A stretch of 33,563 nt of DNA from Bacteroidales bacterium (GTDB taxonomy: Bacteria; Bacteroidota; Bacteroidia; Bacteroidales; UBA12077), in assembly GCA_028282585.1 (NCBI GenBank), contig JANQHR010000108.1, positions 1 to 33,563 on the forward strand, in the 5' to 3' direction. The notes beneath the pieces were generated by a model, which was not told the origin of the DNA, searched no databases, and was given only the letters and a program-made list of their open reading frames with translations. Below, piece after piece: positions 17,890 to 25,671 of this stretch. How positions within the stretch are numbered: position 1 is the first letter of the stretch; each line of letters opens with the position of its first letter. A program made the translations under genes and the position numbers.

Positions 17890-18282
17890 TTATTTATTAA
17901 TATGCTCGGCAATTTTCTTGATCAAATAATCAGGTCTAACCGGTTTGGAAATATAATCATCACAACCAAATTCGAGAGCAATTGCTTCATCATCAGATAA
18001 AGCAAAAGCGGTAAAAGCGATGATTGGAATATTTCTACTAACTGTACGAATATATTTAGTAGCCTCTAAACCACCCATTTCAGGCATGCGGATATCCATC
18101 AAAATAATGTTAATGTCAGGATTTTCTTTGAAGATTTTTACGGCTTGCTCTCCATTTTCAGCATGGTAAATCTTGATATTTGTTTTTCTTAGTGCTTTTT
18201 CGAGAATGATATAATTATGTAATTCATCGTCGGCAATTAATATACTTTTTTTGTTCCAATCGTAGGTGTTTGACGAATCCAT
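17890..18282 (-). CDS. Single-domain response regulator (receiver only)
   Basis: ILIADDE, ILMDIRMPEMGG, IAFTAFA and DDYISKPV. Confidence 0.92.
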   Translation of the reverse strand: MDSSNTYDWNKKSILIADDELHNYIILEKALRKTNIKIYHAENGEQAVKIFKENPDINIILMDIRMPEMGGLEATKYIRTVSRNIPIIAFTAFALSDDEAIALEFGCDDYISKPVRPDYLIKKIAEHINK

Positions 18283-18373
18283 TTTTTTCAGTTTAAAATC
18301 TTATAGGTATACGCTCTTACAAGCAAAAGGTTAAATTAATAAATAAATTTAAAAAAATATTTTCTAATCTAAG

Positions 18374-19324
18374 TTAATTCAAGAAGAAATTATCATCGGG
18401 AATTTTATTTCCTATAATTACAGGATTCAATTCGTAAAAGCTTTTAAGATATTGAGTAATTTCTTTTTTCATTTCTGATGCTTTTCTAAAATCCAGGTTA
18501 CATCTTGGGATGGTAGATATTGCAACTTCTGTATTTGGTAAAATATTGTATTTTACAATAAGTTCAGCTGCTTTCTCTTGATTTTGAATTACCCAACTAC
18601 TTGAATTTTTATATGATTGAAGAATTCTTTCAAGTTCAATTTTATTTTGTAAAATGAAATCATGATGAACCAAGAAAGCTGTTTGGGCGATTGGTATCTC
18701 ATTTACTTTTTTCCATTCGGCATTTAGATCCATGATAGGATAAACTTGTTTATTTTTTTGCATAACAAGACTAACCATAGGTTCGGAAATTACTGCCAGA
18801 TCAGCCTGATTTGCAGCAACAGCATTTGCAAGTTCGATATGAGTAGGAAAAGAATAATCTAGTATTATGTCTTGATTAGGATCAATTCCATTTTGAACTA
18901 AAAGATACCTAAATAATACATCAGGAGTCATACCCTTTGCCATTAAATTAATTCGTTTTCCTTTTAAATCATTCCACGTTTTGACGGTAGAATCATTTCC
19001 GAATAAGTATAAAGTTCCCCAAACCGGAATTGCTGCCAACTTATAGGGCAAACCTTTGTTGTAAAGAATAGCCCCCATGGTAGTGGGAAGGATTGCAAAA
19101 TCAACTTCATTTTCAAGCATTAGCTTCCTAACCTGAATAGGCTCATTATATATTTTTATTTCAATGTTTTGATTATCAGATTGATTTAAGCTATCGATCA
19201 TTTTAATCATACCAATTGCTGAAGGGCCTTTTAAGGTAGCAATTTTAATTTTTTCGGAATCTCTTTTTTCCATACAACTTAATAAAAGAATCGGTAGAAG
19301 AAATACAACATATATCTTTTTCAT
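18374..19324 (-). CDS. NitT/TauT (SsuA/THI5-like) ABC substrate-binding lipoprotein
   Basis: MKK...LLLSC lipobox; TLKGPSAIG, KGMTPDV and AVISEP; same strand as the cognate permease and ATPase. ATG at 19324 preferred. Confidence 0.85.
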   Translation of the reverse strand: MKKIYVVFLLPILLLSCMEKRDSEKIKIATLKGPSAIGMIKMIDSLNQSDNQNIEIKIYNEPIQVRKLMLENEVDFAILPTTMGAILYNKGLPYKLAAIPVWGTLYLFGNDSTVKTWNDLKGKRINLMAKGMTPDVLFRYLLVQNGIDPNQDIILDYSFPTHIELANAVAANQADLAVISEPMVSLVMQKNKQVYPIMDLNAEWKKVNEIPIAQTAFLVHHDFILQNKIELERILQSYKNSSSWVIQNQEKAAELIVKYNILPNTEVAISTIPRCNLDFRKASEMKKEITQYLKSFYELNPVIIGNKIPDDNFFLN

Positions 19325-19460
19325 AAATCTATTTTTTATCAATATTACGCAATTTTGTAATCTTTAGATGATGTTTTAATTATTGTGCACGAATTCATTT
19401 TTATAACGAAAGCAACTAAATAATTATACTTTACATCTATTATTTAAATACAAAACTACC

Positions 19461-20696
19461 ATGAAAAAATTAATCTACCATTTATTATTAATTCCACTAA
19501 TTATTATATCATGCCAAAATGATGAAGGTGGACCAGAATTTCCAACTGAGGAAAAGGAAATTATTTTATCTACAGAATCTATAAATATGGTAAATAGCGA
19601 TAACCAGTTTGGAATTGAATTTTTCAAAGAAATTATTGCAAGTGAACCGGATATAAATTTAATGATCTCACCACTAAGTTTGTCTCAGGCATTATTAATG
19701 ACTTATAATGGAGCTGATGGAGATACGAAAAGTGCTTTTGAAGAAACGCTTTTTCTAAATAGCTTAACAACAGAAGAAATTAATCAAGCTCAAAAAGACT
19801 TGGTTGAGGCATTATTAGAGGTTGATCCCGGTATAACAATTAGCATTGCTAATTCCATTTGGTGCAGAGAAGGTTTATCTGTGAAGCCTGAATTTATTAA
19901 TGTAAATCAAAATTATTATGATGCAGAAGTTAGAGAAGAACTATTTGATCAGAATACTGTAAATCTTATCAATTCATGGGTTAACGATAAAACAAATGGT
20001 AAAATCGATGATATAATTGATTCAATTGATCCTTTAACGGTTATGTTTTTAATAAATGCGGTATACTTTAAGGGAAACTGGAAGTTTGAATTTAGTGAGG
20101 AGAATACCGTTGATAGTGATTTTTATTTGAGTAATGGAAATACGATTGAAGTTCCGTTTATGAACCAGGAAGTTACTGCAAATTTAATGTATCATGATGT
20201 TTTCCAGATGCTTGAATTACCATATGGTAGAGGAAATTATAGAATGTTGATTTTACTACCAGTCGATGGTAAATCCATTCAAGATATGATCGAAGAACTG
20301 GATTTTGAAAATTATGACGAGTGGTTATTAAACCTTCAAGAAGGAAATGTTGAAGTTAGTATTCCTAAATTCAAATTTAAATATGAAAAAACGATCAATG
20401 ATTTGTTAAAATCAATGGGGCTTTCTGTTGCATTCGATCCGAATAATGCCGATTTCTCAAATATAAGTGAAGCTTTAGAATTATATATAAATAGAGTGAA
20501 ACATAAAACATTTGTTGAAGTAAATGAAAAAGGAACTGAAGCGGCTGCAGTGACGTCTGTTGATATATATACTAACAGTGCAGACCCAACCTATCATAAG
20601 TTTATTGCGAATAAACCGTTTTTATTTGTTATTCGTGAGAAATATACCAATTCAATTTTATTTATGGGTAAGGTAGAGGATCCTTCCAAAGAATAG
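19461..20696 (+). CDS. Serpin-family lipoprotein (miropin-like protease inhibitor)
   Basis: Lipobox IIISC; ISPLS, INSWVNDKTNGKI, LINAVYFKGNW, hinge EKGTEAAAVT and signature FIANKPFLFVI...ILFMG. Confidence 0.93.
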   Translation: MKKLIYHLLLIPLIIISCQNDEGGPEFPTEEKEIILSTESINMVNSDNQFGIEFFKEIIASEPDINLMISPLSLSQALLMTYNGADGDTKSAFEETLFLNSLTTEEINQAQKDLVEALLEVDPGITISIANSIWCREGLSVKPEFINVNQNYYDAEVREELFDQNTVNLINSWVNDKTNGKIDDIIDSIDPLTVMFLINAVYFKGNWKFEFSEENTVDSDFYLSNGNTIEVPFMNQEVTANLMYHDVFQMLELPYGRGNYRMLILLPVDGKSIQDMIEELDFENYDEWLLNLQEGNVEVSIPKFKFKYEKTINDLLKSMGLSVAFDPNNADFSNISEALELYINRVKHKTFVEVNEKGTEAAAVTSVDIYTNSADPTYHKFIANKPFLFVIREKYTNSILFMGKVEDPSKE

Positions 20697-20778
20697 ATTT
20701 GATGGTCCTTTTCAGTAGGAGTACAATTTAAAACTAAAAACTGTTATTTATCATATTGGCATTGTAAAGAAATGTTCT

Positions 20779-20801
20779 TACCTTTGTTAAGGAAATAACA
20801 G
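20779..20801 (+). promoter_or_regulatory. -7 promoter element overlapped by a Rex-type operator for the hydG operon
   Basis: TACCTTTG (20779-20786, TAnnTTTG) overlaps TTGTTAA-GGAA-ATAACAG (20784-20801), whose arms are identical to the operator at 4536. Confidence 0.72.
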
Positions 20802-20882
20802 TAAAACCTATTTGCTCTTTCTGAGAAACGGATATATTTCTGTTTCAAGGTTAAAGAATAAATCTAATCCGGAGGAAATCTG

Positions 20883-21137
20883 ATGGAAAAGAGAATTGGA
20901 ACTGCACTTATACTAATCGAAAAATCGGATATCGTTCAGAAGATGAACGAGATCGCATTTAATCATTCCAACATTATTATTGGTCGTCAAGGTTTGCCAC
21001 GTAGCAATGGCCAAAATATTATTTCTCTTGTTCTTGAAGGTACAACCGATGAAATTGGTTCTTTAACCGGACAGCTTGGACGCCTTAAAGGTATACAAGT
21101 TAAGTCAGTACTCTTAAAGAATAAAAAAGATGAATAG
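20883..21137 (+). CDS. TM1266-family 'iron-only hydrogenase system regulator' (ACT-like)
   Basis: MEKRIG...IIIGRQGLP...IISL...DEIGSLTGQLGRLKGIQVKS pattern; directly upstream of hydG. Confidence 0.88.
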   Translation: MEKRIGTALILIEKSDIVQKMNEIAFNHSNIIIGRQGLPRSNGQNIISLVLEGTTDEIGSLTGQLGRLKGIQVKSVLLKNKKDE

Positions 21138-21222
21138 CTTTTTTATTTATTGGTTTATTTGTATGCCCATTTTTAGATTAAATGGTTTACTTAGTAACAA
21201 GAAATAATTAAAAATAAATGAT

Positions 21223-22650
21223 ATGAAATTTTATCCAGAAAAATACAAAATTAAGGACCAACGAATGAAACCATTTATTGATCCTGAAGAAATTTGGGAT
21301 TATATAAATAACACGGAATCAAATAAGGAAAGAGTTCGAGAAGTTATTGCGAAGGCCTTAAATAAAAAAAGACTAAACCTTGAAGAAACAGCAGTTTTAA
21401 TAAATGCGAATGATCCGGAATTAATTGAAGAGATTAAGCAAGGAGCAAAAACTTTGAAGGAAAAAGTTTATGGAAATAGAATAGTATTATTCGCCCCATT
21501 GTATGTAGGAAATAAATGTACTAATAATTGCGAATATTGTGGATTTAAGGCTAGTAATAAGGATGCAATTCGTCAAACCTTAAGCGACCATGAGTTAGTA
21601 AAAGAAGTTGAAGCACTTGAAGACAATGGGCAAAAGAGGCTAATTCTTGTTTATGGTGAACATAAACATTATTCTCCTGAGTTTATAGCAAAAAATGTTA
21701 AAACGGTTTATAGTGTAAAGAAGGGAAACGGAGAAATAAGACGCGTAAATATAAATGCTGCACCACTTGATATTGAAGGATTTAGAACAGTTAAGGATGC
21801 AGGAATTGGTACGTATCAGATTTTCCAGGAAACTTATCATCCGGAAGCTTATGCAAAGTATCATCTTGGGGGTAAAAAGAGAGATTTTGAGTATAGGTTA
21901 ACTTCACTCGATAGGGCTCAAGAAGCAGGCTTAGATGATGTTGGTATAGGAGCTTTATTTGGATTATACGATTGGAGATACGAAGTTTTAGCTATGGTTC
22001 GGCATACGAATCATTTTGAGGCTTGCTATAATGTTGGTCCGCACACAATTTCATTTCCGCGTATACAAGATGCATCAGCAGTAAACGTTGATCCTAAGTA
22101 TATGATTACAGATGATGAATTTACCAGGTTAATAGCAATCTTAAGGTTGGCAGTTCCATATACCGGCTTAATATTAACTGCAAGAGAATCAGAGCAGGTC
22201 CGCCGTGAAGTTATGTCATTTGGGGTTTCTCAGATTGATGGAGGTACCAAATTAGAACTTGGGTCTTATCACCAAAGCCAGAATGAGGAGCAGAACCTTA
22301 ACCGTGAGCAATTCGCAATTAACGATAATAGGTCGTTAGCGGAAATTATAGACGAATTAATTGAAAACGAATATTTACCATCTTTCTGTACAGCCTGTTA
22401 TCGTTTGGGTAGAACAGGAGAGCATTTTATGGAATTTTCAGTACCTGGTTTTATTAAAAGGTTCTGTACACCAAATGCAATATTAACTTTGGCAGAATAT
22501 ATCGAAGATTATGCAACTCCAGAAGTAGCAGATAAGGCTTGGAAAATTATTGATAAAGAAATTAAAGGCTTGGATGATGAAAAAGTGGTGGGATTGCTTA
22601 ATAAAAGAATTGAAAAAATAAAACAAGGTGAAAGAGATATGTATTTTTAA
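21223..22650 (+). CDS. hydG: [FeFe]-hydrogenase H-cluster radical SAM maturase HydG
   Basis: FAPLY..N.CTNNCEYC radical SAM motif, FQETY, GPHTISFPR (dangler-Fe His) and auxiliary CTAC-x22-C motif, which distinguishes it from ThiH. Confidence 0.95.
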   Translation: MKFYPEKYKIKDQRMKPFIDPEEIWDYINNTESNKERVREVIAKALNKKRLNLEETAVLINANDPELIEEIKQGAKTLKEKVYGNRIVLFAPLYVGNKCTNNCEYCGFKASNKDAIRQTLSDHELVKEVEALEDNGQKRLILVYGEHKHYSPEFIAKNVKTVYSVKKGNGEIRRVNINAAPLDIEGFRTVKDAGIGTYQIFQETYHPEAYAKYHLGGKKRDFEYRLTSLDRAQEAGLDDVGIGALFGLYDWRYEVLAMVRHTNHFEACYNVGPHTISFPRIQDASAVNVDPKYMITDDEFTRLIAILRLAVPYTGLILTARESEQVRREVMSFGVSQIDGGTKLELGSYHQSQNEEQNLNREQFAINDNRSLAEIIDELIENEYLPSFCTACYRLGRTGEHFMEFSVPGFIKRFCTPNAILTLAEYIEDYATPEVADKAWKIIDKEIKGLDDEKVVGLLNKRIEKIKQGERDMYF

Positions 22651-22697
22651 TTATTTCTTAAAAGTTGTATTTTAATCATCAAACTAAAAAATTAAAT

Positions 22698-22961
22698 ATG
22701 TCTGAAAAAAGAATTATTGGTATAAATGTTCTCGATCGTATAAAGGAAGCGGGGAGAACCCAAAAAGTATTGGGCAAATACGCCACTTCTATAAAAACTC
22801 GTTTAGGTTTTCATGAATTAAGTGAAGATGTGTGTAGCAGAAACGGATTTATCATTTTAGAATTAACCGGAGAAAAATCTGATTGGGATAATCTTGAAAA
22901 TGAGTTGAATGAGATTGGTGGTATAAATATTCAGAAAATGTCTTTTGACTTAAATAAATAA
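22698..22961 (+). CDS. Small ACT-like protein of hydrogenase maturation clusters (paralog 1)
   Basis: IIGI...DR..EAG..QKVL.KY...IKTRLGFHE...C...GFIILEL...QKM.F. ATG at 22698 preferred over TTG at 22665. Confidence 0.75.
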   Translation: MSEKRIIGINVLDRIKEAGRTQKVLGKYATSIKTRLGFHELSEDVCSRNGFIILELTGEKSDWDNLENELNEIGGINIQKMSFDLNK

Positions 22962-22998
22962 TTTTTGTAACTTGTTTTGCTAAACCCTTTTTTAGATT

Positions 22999-23259
22999 AT
23001 GAGTAAAGAAACCAGAATTTTAGGTGTATTAATAACTGATAGACAGCAAGAAGCTGGTAAAGTTCAAAACGTTCTAACAAAATATGGTTGTTCAATAAAA
23101 ACCCGCTTAGGTTTACATGAAGTAACAGATGAAGCTTCTAGTACAAGCGGATTATTGTTGCTTGAATTAACCGGGGATGTAATCGAAATGAATAGCCTCG
23201 AGAACGAATTGTTAGCTGTTGAAGGCACACAAACTCAGAAAATGATTTTTGTGGATTAA
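22999..23259 (+). CDS. Small ACT-like protein of hydrogenase maturation clusters (paralog 2)
   Basis: ILGV...DR..EAG.VQ.VL.KYGCSIKTRLGLHE...GLLLLELTG...QKM.F; clear tandem paralog of 22698..22961. Confidence 0.78.
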   Translation: MSKETRILGVLITDRQQEAGKVQNVLTKYGCSIKTRLGLHEVTDEASSTSGLLLLELTGDVIEMNSLENELLAVEGTQTQKMIFVD

Positions 23260-23278
23260 ATTTTAGGGGTATTGAAAG

Positions 23279-23314
23279 AAAAAAGCGCAGATTGTGATTA
23301 TCTGCGCTTTTTTT
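23279..23314. terminator. Bidirectional intrinsic terminator
   Basis: AAAAAAGCGCAGAT-TGTGATT-ATCTGCGCTTTTTTT, between the convergent hydG operon and hemerythrin gene. Confidence 0.88.
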
Positions 23315-23339
23315 GATATTAATATTTTTAACTTATGAT

Positions 23340-23741
23340 TTAAGCTACCTGATTAATATAGTTTTTAAAATCCAAATCCGCACTACTTGTGTGGTTTATA
23401 AGCCAGTCGGTAAGATATTCTATCATTTCGTTTACCACACTTGATTTTCCATTCAAAACATCTTTACAAAACATTGCTATTTTAAAAATAAAATCAATGT
23501 GCATTTTTTCATGCTCCTCTAGTTTGGGGTATTTGACTTCTCTTAAAAGTCTTTCTTCGTCTTTAAAATGCTTTTTTGCATATCTTAATAAGCTACTTAG
23601 CGTTTCACCAATTAATGGAGAATTTATATCATCTTTATATTCTAGAATTAAATTGTTAGTTAAATCGAATAGTCCTTTATGTTGATTATCAATTACGATA
23701 TTTTCAACACTGAGACTTTCATTCCATTTTAAGAGATCCAT
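23340..23741 (-). CDS. Single-domain bacteriohemerythrin
   Basis: All di-iron ligands are present: IDNQH, HFKDEE, HEKMH and WLINHTSSAD. Confidence 0.92.
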   Translation of the reverse strand: MDLLKWNESLSVENIVIDNQHKGLFDLTNNLILEYKDDINSPLIGETLSSLLRYAKKHFKDEERLLREVKYPKLEEHEKMHIDFIFKIAMFCKDVLNGKSSVVNEMIEYLTDWLINHTSSADLDFKNYINQVA

Positions 23742-23846
23742 TTATAGTTAGTTAAATTGTTATTAAATTCTGTTACGTAGAATAACATTACTAGTTTCGA
23801 TTACAATGTTAAAGTGATGTTATATTTTTACTATTTTTAAAAGTCC

Positions 23847-23871
23847 AAACCCTGGTTTTATGCCAGGGTTT
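23847..23871 (-). terminator. Probable terminator hairpin of the efflux operon
   Basis: AAACCCTGG-TTTTATG-CCAGGGTTT, 23 nt past the stop of the last efflux-operon gene. Confidence 0.65.
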
Positions 23872-23894
23872 TAATCTTCGTAGTTACCTTTATA

Positions 23895-24233
23895 TTATAA
23901 TTTCTCCCATTCAAATGTTTTACGCATAATCCCGATATGTGCTGTGATACTTAAAGTTTTATAATTAACTGTTAATTCAGCATCAACAAGTTTATCCATT
24001 TTTATTGAATATAATTTACCTTTCCACTTACCATTTTGGTAAACAAAGTTTTTTAATATTTGCGTTCCTTCTTTGGCTTTTTCATTATCAGAACTCACTA
24101 TTTCGCCAAAATATTCGCCATTCTTTTCATAGATCTCAATCTTGGTATTATCTCTATTAGTATTCCATACTCCGGATAATTCGCCTGTTGGTGCAATCAT
24201 GGAGATTATTATATTTAATAATAGAATTTTCAT
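23895..24233 (-). CDS. DUF2147-like exported small beta-barrel protein
   Basis: Signal-like N-terminus and G.W......KIEIY..NG.Y.G.IV...G..IL..F....G.W.GKLY pattern. Confidence 0.7.
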   Translation of the reverse strand: MKILLLNIIISMIAPTGELSGVWNTNRDNTKIEIYEKNGEYFGEIVSSDNEKAKEGTQILKNFVYQNGKWKGKLYSIKMDKLVDAELTVNYKTLSITAHIGIMRKTFEWEKL

Positions 24234-24244
24234 AATAACTGGTT

Positions 24245-25549
24245 TTAGTTAGAATTATAATCGTCAATTACCCCACCCGTTAGTCTTAGTAAAGTATGGT
24301 AACTTTGAATAAGGTTATACATTGCATTTTGATAGTTCAGCGCTGTGTTTGAATAAAGTTGCTGAATGTCTCTGAAATTGAAAGAGTTGATCGAACCATT
24401 TTCATATTTCTGTTTTGATAATTCAAGGTTAAGTTCGGCTGCCTTAAGATTTTCTTCTGCCAGTGTTAAAAGTTCTTGCCTAACTTCATATAATTCAAAT
24501 TCTTGAAATAACTGGTTTTTTAGTTCTTGTTGAATCTCTGTTGTTTCAATTTCTGAAATCTCTTGTTCAATTTTAGCAGCTTGTAGTGCTCTTCTTCTTG
24601 AACCTCCTTCATAAATTGAATAGGATACACTCATATTTAAACTGGTATTATAGCCACTTAATGATATATCAGGATTAGTATTATAATCTGTTTCAGAATC
24701 GGAATAGCTTCCCGAAGCTCCTACTGCAATAGTTGGATAATAGGCACTTTTAGATGATTTAACTTCTAATTTAGCCATCTCCAAATTTATATACTGATTC
24801 TTTAGGGTGTTATTATTTTCAAGCATCTTTGATTCTAAATTGGTTAATTCAAAATCCTTTGCAGCTATATCAAAAGATGATATGTAGATGTATTCCTTGT
24901 TTAAATCTGCAGCCATCAAGTTATTTAGTTGTCTTTTTGCATTATTGTATGATGATTTAGCTGATAAATAATTTGATTTGTCTTCTAAATATGAATTTTG
25001 AGCTTGCAATAAGTCGTAGGTAACAGAAGTTCCCAAGTGTTTCCTTTGTTTTTCCTGCTCATATCTATCTTCAGATAAATTCATTGATTTTTCAGCTATT
25101 CCCATATTCTTTTCGGTTAAAAGAATATTGTAATAAGCCAGAATTACATCTACAATGGTATTTTCAACAGTTATTGCTAAATTCCCTTCAGACATTTTTT
25201 CTAACTCTTCCAGGCTTTGCTTAGTAATTCTGGCTCCAAATCCGCGGAATATTACCCAATTTAAGTCTACCGAACCATTCAATGTACTATTTGTATAATC
25301 ATCATTATCATTGTTATTCCATGATTCGCTTCCTGCTCCTGTAAAACTTACAGTTGGCAGAGCACCGGTATTCCCCCAGGAATTGTTTAATTCATTTATT
25401 TCGTGAGATTTCCGTACGGTTACAATCCCGTAATTATTTTCCAATGCTTTTTGTACAGCATCCTCAATACTTAACCGGTTTATATCCTGGCTAAATACTG
25501 GAAAACTTGCTATGAAAAGTGCTATACTCATTATAATTTTTGTTTTCAT
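24245..25549 (-). CDS. TolC-family outer membrane efflux channel
   Basis: Signal peptide from MKTKIIMS (ATG 25549); LSIEDAVQKALENN, AYYNIL, YYPTI and YENGSIN repeats. The longer ORF-track start reads through a repeat element. Confidence 0.9.
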   Translation of the reverse strand: MKTKIIMSIALFIASFPVFSQDINRLSIEDAVQKALENNYGIVTVRKSHEINELNNSWGNTGALPTVSFTGAGSESWNNNDNDDYTNSTLNGSVDLNWVIFRGFGARITKQSLEELEKMSEGNLAITVENTIVDVILAYYNILLTEKNMGIAEKSMNLSEDRYEQEKQRKHLGTSVTYDLLQAQNSYLEDKSNYLSAKSSYNNAKRQLNNLMAADLNKEYIYISSFDIAAKDFELTNLESKMLENNNTLKNQYINLEMAKLEVKSSKSAYYPTIAVGASGSYSDSETDYNTNPDISLSGYNTSLNMSVSYSIYEGGSRRRALQAAKIEQEISEIETTEIQQELKNQLFQEFELYEVRQELLTLAEENLKAAELNLELSKQKYENGSINSFNFRDIQQLYSNTALNYQNAMYNLIQSYHTLLRLTGGVIDDYNSN

Positions 25550-25564
25550 TTTTTTCTGTGTTAT

Positions 25565-25667
25565 TGTCAAAACTAAGCCTGGCATCTTTTTAAGCCAACT
25601 GGCAAGTTCCAGGCAGGCTTGCCGAAACAGATTTATAACCATGCTTTTCGACAAGCTCAAGGTGACA
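25565..25667. repeat. REP-like nested palindromic element
   Basis: Termini TGTCA...TGACA; inner arms GCTTGCCGAAA (25617-27) / TTTCGACAAGC (25646-56); second pair GCCTGG (25577-82) / CCAGGC (25609-14); GC-richer than the flanks. Confidence 0.65.
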
Positions 25668-25671
25668 GTTA

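Noticed and set aside
20821-20878. TPP riboswitch (CTGAGA and AATCTAATCCGG..AGGAA fragments)
   Set aside because: The P2/P3 GC stems and the conserved CCUGAU...UAAU...GCG segment are missing, so a full aptamer cannot be built.
21130-21207. 25-codon ORF overlapping the TM1266-like stop (MNSFFIYWFICMPIFRLNGLLSNKK), as a hydE remnant or leader peptide
   Set aside because: No recognisable similarity; short ORFs like this are expected by chance.
21223-22650. ThiH (thiazole biosynthesis) instead of HydG
   Set aside because: The C-terminal CxxC-x22-C auxiliary cluster motif and the TM1266 neighbour indicate HydG; no thiG/thiS nearby.
25550-25660. N-terminal extension of TolC in the ORF track
   Set aside because: It translates the palindromic repeat; the signal peptide starts at ATG 25549.
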